A stretch of 53,293 bases of DNA from Nemertoderma westbladi (lineage: Eukaryota > Animalia > Xenacoelomorpha), in contig JAUCBJ010002245.1 in NCBI GenBank assembly GCA_032718475.1, forward strand, positions 1 through 53,293, in the 5' to 3' direction. Every line of letters starts with the position of its first letter. Position 1 is the first letter of the stretch. Both the position numbers and the translations under genes were made by a program. Shown piece by piece: positions 12,426 to 23,664 of the stretch. The notes below the pieces were generated by a model that searched no databases, was not told the origin of the DNA, and saw only the letters and a program-made list of their open reading frames with translations.

Positions 12426-14143
12426 TATCAAATCTTCAATAAATATTAATCAATAAATTAAATACAGGTGGCAGTAGTTTAAGGTACCGGTATGTCAAGC
12501 GATCTATATTAGCAAGGTATATTTGTATTTATATATAGAAATTTATATCTTAATTTATATTCAATACTCTATTTCTATAAATAATAAGATTAAGATTGGT
12601 ACAAGACTGACAGAACTTCTGAATTAATCAGGTACCAGTACGGGGTACTATAGTCAGCCCTCGCATGGGGATTTTTAGCAATAAAAAAAGGTGGAAAGAT
12701 ATTGATGCAATTAAAAAAAGGTTAAAAAGGTACATCATTTTTATAAAATTTGAATTAGCCCACACAAATTAAATTACCTTATTTTCTCGAATAACCACCC
12801 TGTCTCTAATAAGCGCACCCCTCAAATAAACGCCTATCCAATTAGCAACTTAAACGCCCTCCTCGAATAAACGTCTCCCCTAGGGTTCGATCGGTGCACC
12901 GGCACCGGTGTTGCTGGTGCTTGGCACCACCGGCACCTGCACCGGCAAAAACATTGCCGGTGCCGGTGTTTTTTTAAAATGATTTGCTTCTGTTCAAAGT
13001 GAAGCCTACAGCAGTTATCGGTACTGCATACAGACTGGCTAAGCTATCTAATCCGGCCGGGTTCAAACCCGGGCCGGGTTTGGGTGACTCGGACCCAGCA
13101 ATAAAGTCGCCGGGTAATGGGTTTTATTAAAATTAAGCAATTTGCCTGAATGAGAATGACAAGCCTGTTTGACTTTTGACATACCTATATACAGATATAC
13201 GTAGGTACCAGTACACAAAGTTGCCTAAAGCAGTAGATAGGGCTCAATGCAGTTTCCGGTACCCACACTTTTTCTGGGTATAACTTTTTGCCGTATCCGT
13301 ATCCGTATGCATTTGCCGTATCCGCCCGTATGCACATACGCGTATGTAATGGATTCTTATGGAGAATAATCCGTATGTGATTTTAAAGATTAGGCATTAC
13401 GGCTGTACCGACCAAAGAAGTGCACAGACATATGCAGACTGAAGATAGGTAGGCCTACTTAAAAGCGATATGATTTAAAGAGTGCGGCTGCCGCTACCTA
13501 ATCGCAAATAAACATTGTAGGTCCATGTTGAGTGACAGATGATGTCCTTCAGCCCCAGGATGCGCCACAGCGCTTGTTTTATTGTACACTGCAGCACTGA
13601 TCACACAGTGTACAATGACATGAATGACACTGGCCGCCCGGTTGGACATAGATTAATTACTGGAACACAGTCAGACTGTCAGACGGTTGCACTCGCAGAC
13701 AGGTGGTTTGACTAACTGGCACTAGGTTGGACTTGTAGGCACTTGGCTGCATATGGCTGTATGGTTTAACTATATATAATGACCCCGAAACAGCGAAAGT
13801 ACAGGTATAGGCCTATTATATGTAGGGTTCGATCGGTGCACCGGCACCGGTATTGCCGGTGTTTGGCACCACCGGCAAAAACATTGCCGGTGCCGGTGTT
13901 TTTTTAAAATGATTTGCTTCTGTTCAAATTGAAGCCTACAGCAGTACCGGTACTGCAGACAGACTGGCTAAGCTATCTAACCGGGCCGGGTTTGGGTGAC
14001 CCGGACCCAGCAAAAAAGTCGCCGGGTACTGGGTTTTATTAAAATTAAGCAATTTGCGTGAATGAGAATGACAAGCCTGTTTGACATACAGACATAGGTA
14101 CCAGTACACAAAGTTGCCTAAAGCAGTAGATAGGGCTCAATGC

Positions 14144-15388
14144 TACGGAAGCCCACAAGTGCCAGTCAACTTTACACATAAAATCTGATTTTTTATGTGT
14201 GTGTAGTTGGCACATGTGTGTGTAGTTGGCACGTGTGTGTAGTTGGCATATGTGTGTGTAGTTGGCATATGTGTGTATTTGGCATGTGTGTGTAGTTGGC
14301 ATGTGTAGTTGGCATGTGTGTGTAGTTGGCACGTGTGTGTAGTTGGCATATGTGTGTAGTTGGCACGTGTGTGTAGTTGGCATATGTGTGTAGTTGGCAT
14401 GTGTGTGTAGTTGGCATGTGTAGTTGGCATATGTGTGTAGTTGGCATATGTGTGTAGTTGGCATATGTGTAGTTGGCATATGTGTAGTTGGCACGTGTGT
14501 GTAGTTGGCATGTGTGTGTAGTTGGCATATGTGTAGTTGGCATGTGTGTGTAGTTGGCATGAGATTCGATTGCTTAGCAACCATCTTCAAGGTTTCTTAG
14601 CAACCCATTTATTAGCTAGTATCAGTACAACAGTATAGTGTAGCAGGCCTACTGTAGTAGTGTCAGTGTCCGTTCACCTTTGCTACTTAGCTCATAGGCC
14701 GCCGTCGTTGTCGGTAGCCCCCATACCTGATGCGGTATCTGATTATTTTACAACTACTGGTGTAGCAGAAAATTACCACCCCCCTAAAAATTCACCCCCG
14801 GTTAGAATTCACTAGGGTACGGTATTTTAACCGGGGGTGAAACTAGGCTTACTCTGGGTGATTTTTTAGTGAAATTTAACCCCCCTCAGTGTATTCTTAC
14901 CCCCATATTTTAAATTTCAATATTACACATATGCATATGCAACACATACTACACACTACTACACCTACTACACATATGCCAACTACACACACATGCCAAC
15001 TACACACACGTGCCAACTACACATATGCCAACTACACACATATGCCAACTACACATGCCAACTACACATATGCCAACTACACACATATGCCAACTACACA
15101 CATATGCCAACTACACATGCCAACTACACACACATGCCAACTACACACATATGCCAACTACACACACGTGCCAACTACACACATATGCCAATTACACACA
15201 CGTGCCAACTACACACACATGCCAACTACACATGCCAACTACACACACATGCCAAATACACACATATGCCAACTACACACATATGCCAACTACACACACG
15301 TGCCAACTACACACACATGTGCCAACTACACACACATAAAAAATCAGATTTTATGTGTAAAGTTGACTGGCACTTGTGGGCTTCCGTA
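14144..15388. mobile_element. Foldback non-autonomous DNA transposon, IS3EU-like (TACGG...CCGTA, 6-bp TSD)
   Basis: Perfect ~50-bp TIRs continue into inverted (tgtgtagttggca)n arrays of ~370 bp. TSD caatgc at 14138-14143 and 15389-15394; the empty site is visible in the duplicate at ~13245. The IS3EU label rests on recalled TAY..RTA termini with 6-bp TSD. Confidence 0.85.
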
Positions 15389-15389
15389 C

Positions 15390-15791
15390 AATGCAGTTTC
15401 CGGTACCCACACTTTTTCTTACTTGTACTGCAGTACTGTTGCATTTAGTGAGACAGCTACCAGTCTGACGGTACAGCGGTATATACATTGTCATACTGTC
15501 ACTAAGCCTATCATAACCATTTATTCTTGTAATAATGGTTTGGTTTATTATTTTGGTTAGGGTTAGTTGGTCAGGCTTCAACCATAATTAAAACTGTCAT
15601 GTAACCCTAACCCTACGTACGTCATAATCTAAGAAATTCCGCTAAATTTCTTAGATTATGACTTAGGGTTAGGGTTATGTGACAGTTTTAATCAGGGTTG
15701 AGGCCGCCCCGCCACTACTGTAACAAAGCGAGTTTCATACTGTATAAGAATTCAATATCCGCGTGTGGCATGTGGGTACCCCAAACTGCAT
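15390..15791. mobile_element. MITE with internal palindrome and TTAGGG-like motifs
   Basis: TIR-like atgcagtttccggtacccaca / tgtgggtaccccaaactgcat; internal palindrome at ~15587-15691; related palindrome at ~20162-20284. Confidence 0.6.
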
Positions 15792-16011
15792 ATTCCCGTA
15801 GGTAGTCAGGTAGTAGTAGCATCTTCTTCCATTTTATATCATTTTCGATTTTTTTCGATTTTTTTTCTTTTGGTTTACTTTTTTCGATTTTTTTTTATTT
15901 TTATCATTTTTGATATCACAATGTGTTGACCCGGACCCTGCCTTTTTGAGACTCACCCGGACCCGGCAAAATGTTCGACCCGGTCGTTTACTAGCTACAA
16001 AGGCAATATAG

Positions 16012-16382
16012 CTGTGGGGCGAGCCACGAAGTGAGCGAAGCCTTAGCATATGGGTACCATTAACTAGTTGTCTATCGTCGTCATAAATTTTTGATCGCTA
16101 ATAACTCGGCCGTATTCCTTGATGAAATTAAACGAAACTTGGTACGTATGCAGTCCGGTAAAAGTTTAGAAAAAATCTCAAGTTTGGTCAAAAACGAACG
16201 AACGCAACGAGTTTACAGTGTATACGAGTATCCATCTGCCATAAATCAGCAGTTACTCTCACAGTTTCGAGACTTTGCACAGTTACAAAGGTTGTTAGTC
16301 TCAGTTTAGGGAAATTATTTTAAGACAAAACGGGACGCGTGGAACGAGGCTAATGAAGGAGAAGAGTACCGGTATTGTAAAA
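16012..16382 (+). mobile_element. Dispersed non-autonomous element, copy 2 of 8686-9080
   Basis: Direct sequence match with one internal indel. Confidence 0.6.
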
Positions 16383-17684
16383 TATTAAAAAAAGTATTTT
16401 GAAATCGAATTAGGTTAGGCCCTACGCCAAATTTGCTAAACATTTAAAAACACCGCCACCGCTGCACCTGCATTTACAATATGTCTGAATGTGATACCGG
16501 CACCGGCTCCGGCAAAATCCCTAGCTCCCCGATTGGCAATTTATAAACATAAACGCCCAGGCTTTCATTCGAGTAAATACGGTGATTTATATTGACAGAT
16601 TGATATTGATCTATTCATATTGTATTAAATCTGGGTTTATTCAAAATTAAAGTTAATTAATTAATTAATTAACTAAAATAAATTTAAATAAAATTTAATT
16701 AATTAATTAATTAATAAAGTTAATTTAATTAAACATAATTATTATGAATTAGTTACCCTGTGCCTGTTGTAGCATTCGACACTTCCTTTCTGTATATATG
16801 TTGACCTATATGGCCTATATATGTCAGTACGGTTTAGCTGTTCGGAAATGTTTCAATTCATACATTGTGTAGGCCTACTGGCGTACAGTGCCGTACAGGA
16901 ATCGACCGGTGCACCAGTACCTGGGTGCTTAGATCGTGGCTTTTCCAGTTAACATTAATCCATTTTGTATAAAACAAATGATGTGGTTGGAGAAACCTGC
17001 TAGGGGCTGCTACTAAGCAGCTACCAATCACGTTAATCCTGTTTAACACAGAGTCAATGAGAAGAGAATGGAATATTGCTAACTTAAAAAAGTTCAGGTT
17101 ACCGGTCTTATATGGAATACTGACAAAAAGCGCGCCCACACGCGTTCTGGTTAAACGAAAATCGCACCAGCCATGATATCCAATGCGCGCCAAGCCAAAA
17201 ATTGACTATGAAATTTTGCAGTAATTGTAATAATTTATCAGTTTATAATGCTGTAGCCCCACAGTATTTTAACATTAAATTGCGAGCATAGCGAGCAAGG
17301 AAATTTTAACATTTCAGCATTTAAAGTGGGTAAACCGACTGTTTTCAAATGGCAGTGATTTTTTATGTCCTTTTATTTGACTTTTTTTGTCCTTTTTTTT
17401 TTACGAATTATGCATAATGACTTTTGTTGTCCTTTTAATGACTTTTATTGTCCTTTTAATGACTTTTTATGTATGTATTTCTTCAAACTGTCAGACTCCT
17501 GATTTCTGGACTGTCAGACAGTTGATTTCACTATGGCTGTGCCAAAACATTCCATGATTCCATGATTTATAGACTATGAGATAGATTTCCATATGCGCCT
17601 GTGTGGTAAAAAGACTCTATATTTAATAGTTTGTGGTTGTTGTCGATAATTGATTACCACATGACGTAGCAAAACACTCATTTT

Positions 17685-18573
17685 ATAGCCAAAAACAATT
17701 ACCAATTGATGGAAAGGAGCAGGTTAAGGCCGAGTTTTCTAACCAAAACAATAAACAGTCACTTTACCAAATCAGGGAAAGGAGCAGGTTACAGAGACGG
17801 GATTTTCTAACCAAAACAATAAACGATCACTTAACTAATTGAGGGAAAGGAGCAAGTTACAGAGGCGGGATTTTCTAACCAAAACAATAAACGATCACTT
17901 AACTTATTGAGGGAAAGGAGCAGGTTACAGAGGCGGGATTTTCTAACCAAAACAATAAACGATCATTTAACTAATTGAGGGAAAGGGACAGGTTACAGAG
18001 GCGGAATTTTCTAACCAAAACAATAAACGATCACATAACTAATTGAGGGAAAGGAGCAGGTTACAGAGGCGGGATTTTCTAACCAAAACAATAAACGATC
18101 ATTTAACTAATTGAGGGAAAGGGGCAGGTTACAGAGGCGGGCCTTTTCTAACCAAAACAATAAACGGTCACTTTACCTAATTCAGGGAAAGGGAGCAGGT
18201 TACAGAGGCGGATTTTCTAACCAAAACAGTAAACGATCATTTAACTAATTGAGGGAAAGGGGCAGGTTACAGAGGCGGGATTTTCTAACCAAAACAATAA
18301 ACGATCATTTAACTAATTGAGGGAAAGGAGCAGGTTACAGAGGCGGGATTTTCTAACCAAAACAATAAACGATCACTTTACCAATCTGCCAATTGAGGGT
18401 AAGGAGCAGGTTACAGAGGCGGGATTTTCTAACCAAAACAATAAACGATCATTTAACTAATTGGGGGAAAGGGGCAGGTTACAGAGGCGGGATTTTCTAA
18501 CCAAAACAATAAACGGTCACTTTACCAATTCAGGGAAAGGAGCAGGTTACAGAGGCGGGATTTTCTAACCAAA
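17685..18573 (+). repeat. 68-bp tandem satellite, about 13 copies
   Basis: Unit aaccaaaacaataaacgatcacttaactaattgagggaaaggagcaggttacagaggcgggattttct; successive starts at 17741 and 17809. Confidence 0.95.
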
Positions 18574-19728
18574 CTGTCAACAAACCAAACTCCACCTGTC
18601 AAATTAAATCAATACAATGTAATTACGCATCAAATTAAATAAATTAATAATTACACGACAAATTCAATCAATACAATTTAATTTCTTGCTAAATTAAATA
18701 AATAAATTTTAATACCTATCAAATAAAATAAACAATTAAATTACATTTAAAGCATAATCAATCTCGCGATAAACATTTAGACGCCCTCTTCGGCCTTCCT
18801 TTCTTGGGTTTCTGTCCCAGCGGAACCGTTATCACGCTCAACGGAGTTTTTACGAGTTTCTGCTGAATTGCAATACCTAATATATGTTTGCAATCCGCTA
18901 TCCGTAACACTACTCAGACAGTAGTCATGATCCATTATTGATTATAAAACTAATACAGTAATAGGCCTAAATTATGTGAAAGGTATATCCACATTTTCCA
19001 CAATCCTGCAATCCAGTTTGGCCTATCAATTATTTAAAATTTATTAGCACAACCGGTAGGCCTACCATTACCGTATTTAAATGGTAGGCTACACAGTAGG
19101 CCTATAGCAGTACCGGTGCCGGTCTGCCGGTACTAAAATACAGAAATACCTGCTTTATACCTACATCTGTACATACAATACAGCAAAATAGTGCTATATA
19201 TACTAATACCGGTACTGATAGCCTGAAAGAACAGCAGTAGAGAAACCGGTAGCATGGAACCTAACATTAGACTTTTGGAGGACATAAAAAATAAAAAAAA
19301 AGGACAAAAAAAAGGATTTAAACCTGTAAACGGACAATAAAAATTATTGCGTTTTCAAATACAGATGTCGGAAATATCACATTTGAGGCACAGTGGCAGA
19401 GTGGCCCTTCTGCTAAGTGATTTTATTGTGCGCAGAACGCGACGCGGCGCAGAAAAAAATGTGCGCCTGCGCAGTCGAAAACAGTGCAAAATCCGCGTGC
19501 GCAGCAGAAAAAACTGCGCGAGATTGGCGCGCGCAGCAGAAATTCTGCGCAAGATTGGCGCGCACAGCAGAAATACTGCGCGAAATCTCCTACCACCTAG
19601 ACCTGCCTGCCTACTGGTCGAAGCACACCCAGACACCGCAAGTAGGAGGCTTATTAGATTTCTTATCTGTATTATTGTCATTACCCTGTTAGGCCTACCG
19701 GTAGTCGGCAGACTGCCAGGCAGGGGGG

Positions 19729-20594
19729 GTGTTTGAAAAAGGTGGACTGGACACAGAACACATGGACAATGGACAGACCAATCACGGGTGATTTGCGTCA
19801 CACAGCATGTCCACCTTTTTCAGCTTTGTTGTTGAGAAAGACAGGCAATGAATTGACCAATCAGATTGATTTGCACATTATTATTATATCCCATACTTAC
19901 TGTGACCAACCGAAGTTGTCGAAATAGGCCTAGTTTAATAATATGGGGCGAGCCACGCAATAGCATCAATATTGGAACGTCAATATTCTAACTCATTACA
20001 GTATAAAGTGAATTATAATAACTACCTATTGTACTGAGAGGGAAATATCATATGCTTTATTTACCGTTCATCCCGAGATCTGTTATTAAACGACCGAGCG
20101 CAGCGAGGGAGATAAATAAGTCCCCATATTTTGGGAGTGGCGGTCCGAAACCCCCAAAGCCTTAATTAAAACTGTCATGTAACCCCAACCTTAAATATTT
20201 TGGATCCTAAATTCCTCAAAATTTCTTAGATTAGAGCATCGGATCGGGAGTTTAAGGTTATAGGGTTAATGACTGTTTTAATTAGGGTTTGGGCCTGACC
20301 AACTAACCCAACCACAAAAATAAACCAATAAATCCAAGTTAAAGTGCTGTACGGTACGCTAGACCTAGTATTATTATACTGTAAGTCTATAGGGGGGCAA
20401 TCTGCGCGGGGGGGGGGGGGGGGTGTAGATACGCCTAGGACACCAACAGCATTCTTAATGCAGCTGCTTCCAGCATGCCCATTATAGATAGATAATTGAA
20501 ACCTGAAAAATGTGGACAGTCCAATCACTAATATATAGCATTACTTTAATACGTTTCTGATTGGTCCGACTATCAGTCCACCTTTTTCAAACAC
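19729..20594. mobile_element. MITE-like element with 21-bp perfect inverted repeats
   Basis: gtgtttgaaaaaggtggactg (19729-19749) / cagtccacctttttcaaacac (20574-20594); additional partial copies at ~19808, ~20503 and ~20633. Confidence 0.65.
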
Positions 20595-20805
20595 ACATCT
20601 TATTCCCAATTATCTAACTAAGAAAGCGAAACTTGAAAAAGGCGGACAGACCAATTGCTACAAACTGTGATGGATTATTTCACTATAAGGTAGCATTTGT
20701 AGTTTAACGTAAAAACTTTCTAAAATCCGACGCATTTTGATTAAATTACAGTAATGTAATATGCCTATTCATATTGGTACACATAAATCCGTAGCTAAGT
20801 CTATT

Positions 20806-20877
20806 GGCGCAGTGGTCAGATGGTTAAGGCGTTGGTTACAATATAGATAGGTTACGAGTTCGAATCCCAGTCGGGAA
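20806..20877 (+). ncRNA. tRNA-derived Pol III unit (A and B boxes), not a functional tRNA
   Basis: TGGCGCAGTGG / TGGTCAGATGG A-box-like motifs, GTTCGAATCC B-box, T5 run at 20885-20889; the acceptor stem does not pair. Confidence 0.75.
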
Positions 20878-20919
20878 ATTTGCATTTTTGGGCAATTTAT
20901 TTTCATTTGATCTAATTAG

Positions 20920-21064
20920 ATAAGCCAATGAGGTGCGTACAACATATGGAACGATGAGTTGGGCCAATCATAGGGCATGGAACATCTTATTGCTCCAATG
21001 TGAGGCCATGGAATGCTCTGGAATGTTCTAGTGGATTCTATGTCCGAAATTTGCTATATAAGGG
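20920..21064 (+). promoter_or_regulatory. Pol II-type promoter of the left arm (three CCAAT motifs and a TATA box)
   Basis: CCAAT at ~20925, ~20963 and ~20995; TATATAAGGG at 21055-21064; all conserved in the right arm. Confidence 0.65.
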
Positions 21065-23664
21065 TTGGTTTGCCTTCGGTTATCACTTGTTATCTAATCT
21101 CATTCGCTTACACACTTGCTTGTCTCAAATCTTGTTAACCATTGTTTAATTACATTTGTTAAGTTTCTTGTTGGAACTTATGTAAATTTGGTTGATAAAC
21201 TCATTTGTAAATTACCCTAAATATACTGTAAACTTTGAACATGTATATTTACACTTGTCCACCATTGGGACAGCCAAACATTGGGAGGATGACCGCCTAG
21301 ACCGTTAGGCCGTCAGCAACGCAGGGAAGATGTCCACAACACGCTAGCGCCCACATTAGATTAGACCGCGCACCCCCTTCGCCCCTTCGAAATACTCGAC
21401 CTTGCCATGCAGTGCCCGATTTCCGAGGAAGGTAAGACTTTGTTTGACGCCCTTGCCCGACGTAAGACCTATAGATCAGGGTAAGCGTGACGCCATCCTG
21501 GGACGCCGCAAAATTTAGGATCAGACAGCTGGATTCAGTCAGGAACCTGTACTGCAAATCCCTGGGTTAACCTGTATCCCTTACAGGTGTGAACTATTGC
21601 CGTTCGTCAGTACGCGAGTACATATTAGGTACAGACAGCATATGTTCCATAATTTAGTGATTTGCAATACTGACAGTTCGGTACTGGTTTGCTTTGTAGA
21701 TTATACATTAGTACCCCCCCCCCCCCCCCCCCTGTCTGAACCTGAGTTATTTGATCAGGCAAGGAGTATTTCTGCTACCGGCACTTCGCTTGGCCTATTG
21801 AGATTTATTAATATCCTACCGCACCTTGCCACGTACTGATAGGTATTGCTGCTAACCACCGCGGCAACAAAATTCTAGAATCAAATTTGTATACCAGATC
21901 AGCTAACGTACGGTTGCAATTAACCCCTATTTCTTATCTTACAACCAGAATCTGGTATTTGTGCCGATCACGGGTGTAGTTACTAACACTGTAATTGCCT
22001 GGTTGAGTTGTGGATAGGAAGGAGAGAGCTTGACGTCATTTTGTAAGTATAAAGTTATATAGAGCGTGACTAGCTTATTTTCGTAGCTAGCGTACGGTAT
22101 TGTTTTGGTCAGAAATCACTAAAACGTAGTACAATGGAATACACCAAAATTGTTTTATTTGTAACACACCCACACACACACGCCCTAAAACATATGTACC
22201 CTTAGAGTTCTACTAGTTGTAGCTTACATTAGGTTACCTTCAGGCAGAATCTATTTTGTAATTTACTATTCGTAGTTTGTAAATTTAGGATCTGATATTT
22301 AGTTACGGCAAGAAGGAGTATTTACTTATTAGACTGTTTTTTCCTGACGACAGTATTGTTACATTAGGTACGACCCCCTTTAGACTGATTTAGTACAGGT
22401 GTCAGTATTGTTACGCTAGTCTGTTAACCCACTAGCTCGTATATAAACCATATAAATGACACCGCGGCAAGTTACGGTATTTAGGTCTGTTAGCGATAGT
22501 TAGGATTCGCTGCACGGGAATTGTTTTCCCGTGAGTTTTGTCTGTCACCGTAACTGTACATCTGCCTCACCGGTTAGAGGACAGGCATCCTTTTGTCTAG
22601 TTCGTAGGCATTAGACCCGCTCACGTACGTAGAATAGACACTAGGCTCTGTTCCTCGCCAGTAGTTGTTCGCGTATTTGTATCTGTTTGTTTAGATACCC
22701 TGGACTGGGATTTGTTGTCAGATACTGTATGAGCCTGTATACATTACTGGATCTTACGGTAAGATACATCATTTCTAGGATCTGGTAAGCAGTATACTAC
22801 TGGACTTTACAGTAAGGGATACTATATAAATTACTGAATTAGTGTATAGTATTGTTTAGATCTGTACGCTCTGTAAAGTGCATGCGCACTTTACAATAAG
22901 GGATATTCTTATTAAATATTTAGTAGGAATAGTATTTGTCCTTTCTGTAAGGCAACATTTTGTACTATTTTGTTTTCGTATTTAATATTTGACTAGCTAA
23001 TAGTTAGTTTATAGCAATTTGTTTTACGCCGTGTATGTGCGGTGTTACTTTTCGGTACTTGAAAAGGTACATAGGGTTTAAAGACCAAGTTGTATCGGTA
23101 CCAAGGAAGAATTTTCGTGAAGTAAAACTCTCACCTTCGACTTTTCAGGACTCAAGGACTCATTTCTGGACCGCTTCGAGGGATTAGACCACTTTTCGCA
23201 AAGTTTGGGAGACACAAAATTCGTCCGCGACGCCAAAAAACGGAACGACCCACGTCCGGTTTGTATTTGGGAATTTACACGACTGGAAGATCAAAGGAGC
23301 GTAAGTTTTACAACTCGTGTCGTTCAAACTTAAGAGCACAGTAGTACTCAAAATTTGTGGGTTTCACTGTCTAATTAGTAGTGTTGTTGGTACTTATTTT
23401 CCCGTTAGACGTTGCTGTTTTGCCTATTATTTGTACTTGTTGATCTACATTTTGGTAACGTATACCGTTATCTCACTTATTCGTACATATTTAGCCGGTA
23501 GGCTAGATTATTACATATTTTATTATATACGACATTTCGACATTCTGACTTAGTTAATTTTATTTGTACCGGTTAGGGTATATATATAGTATATATACCA
23601 AGGTAAGTTTGACATTCTGACACTTTGACATTTTATTACCCGTACTTGACGTATATAATAAGAC

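Larger units (their letters stand above)
12881..16523. mobile_element. hAT-like non-autonomous element (TAGGG...CCCTA) containing further insertions
   Basis: Termini tagggttcg / aaatcccta; subterminal ccggca repeats at both ends; flanks gtctcccc (12873-12880) and g-ctcccc (16524-16530) fit a decayed 8-bp TSD. The left ~370 bp is duplicated at 13823-14143. Confidence 0.7.
12777..16582. mobile_element. Tc1/mariner-pogo-like MITE split by nested insertions
   Basis: Termini ta|ccttattttctcgaa and ttcgagtaaatacgg|tg; internal aataaacgcc repeats on both sides of the nested block. Confidence 0.65.
20668..22860 (+). repeat. Left inverted-repeat arm (LTR-like promoter unit plus 5' leader)
   Basis: Colinear with the reverse complement of ~31810-33541, except that ~22000-22437 is absent from the right arm. 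Inner boundary approximate. Confidence 0.9.

Noticed and set aside
14045-15560. Several 110-220 aa His/Thr/Cys-rich ORFs on both strands
   Set aside because: They are translations of the stop-free TGTGTAGTTGGCA satellite in the foldback element and are open in all three frames.
15540-15680. Interstitial telomere
   Set aside because: Only two or three TTAGGG-like units per site, arranged within a MITE palindrome.
17685-18573. CRISPR array
   Set aside because: Contiguous tandem units without unique spacers, no cas genes, eukaryotic context.
19347-19801. 129-148 aa Arg-rich ORFs
   Set aside because: They derive from short tgcgcgcagcagaa repeats, overlap on both strands and show no recognisable domain.
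20806-20877. Functional tRNA gene (TAC, Val-like loop)
   Set aside because: Acceptor and anticodon stems do not pair, and the loop differs between the two copies.
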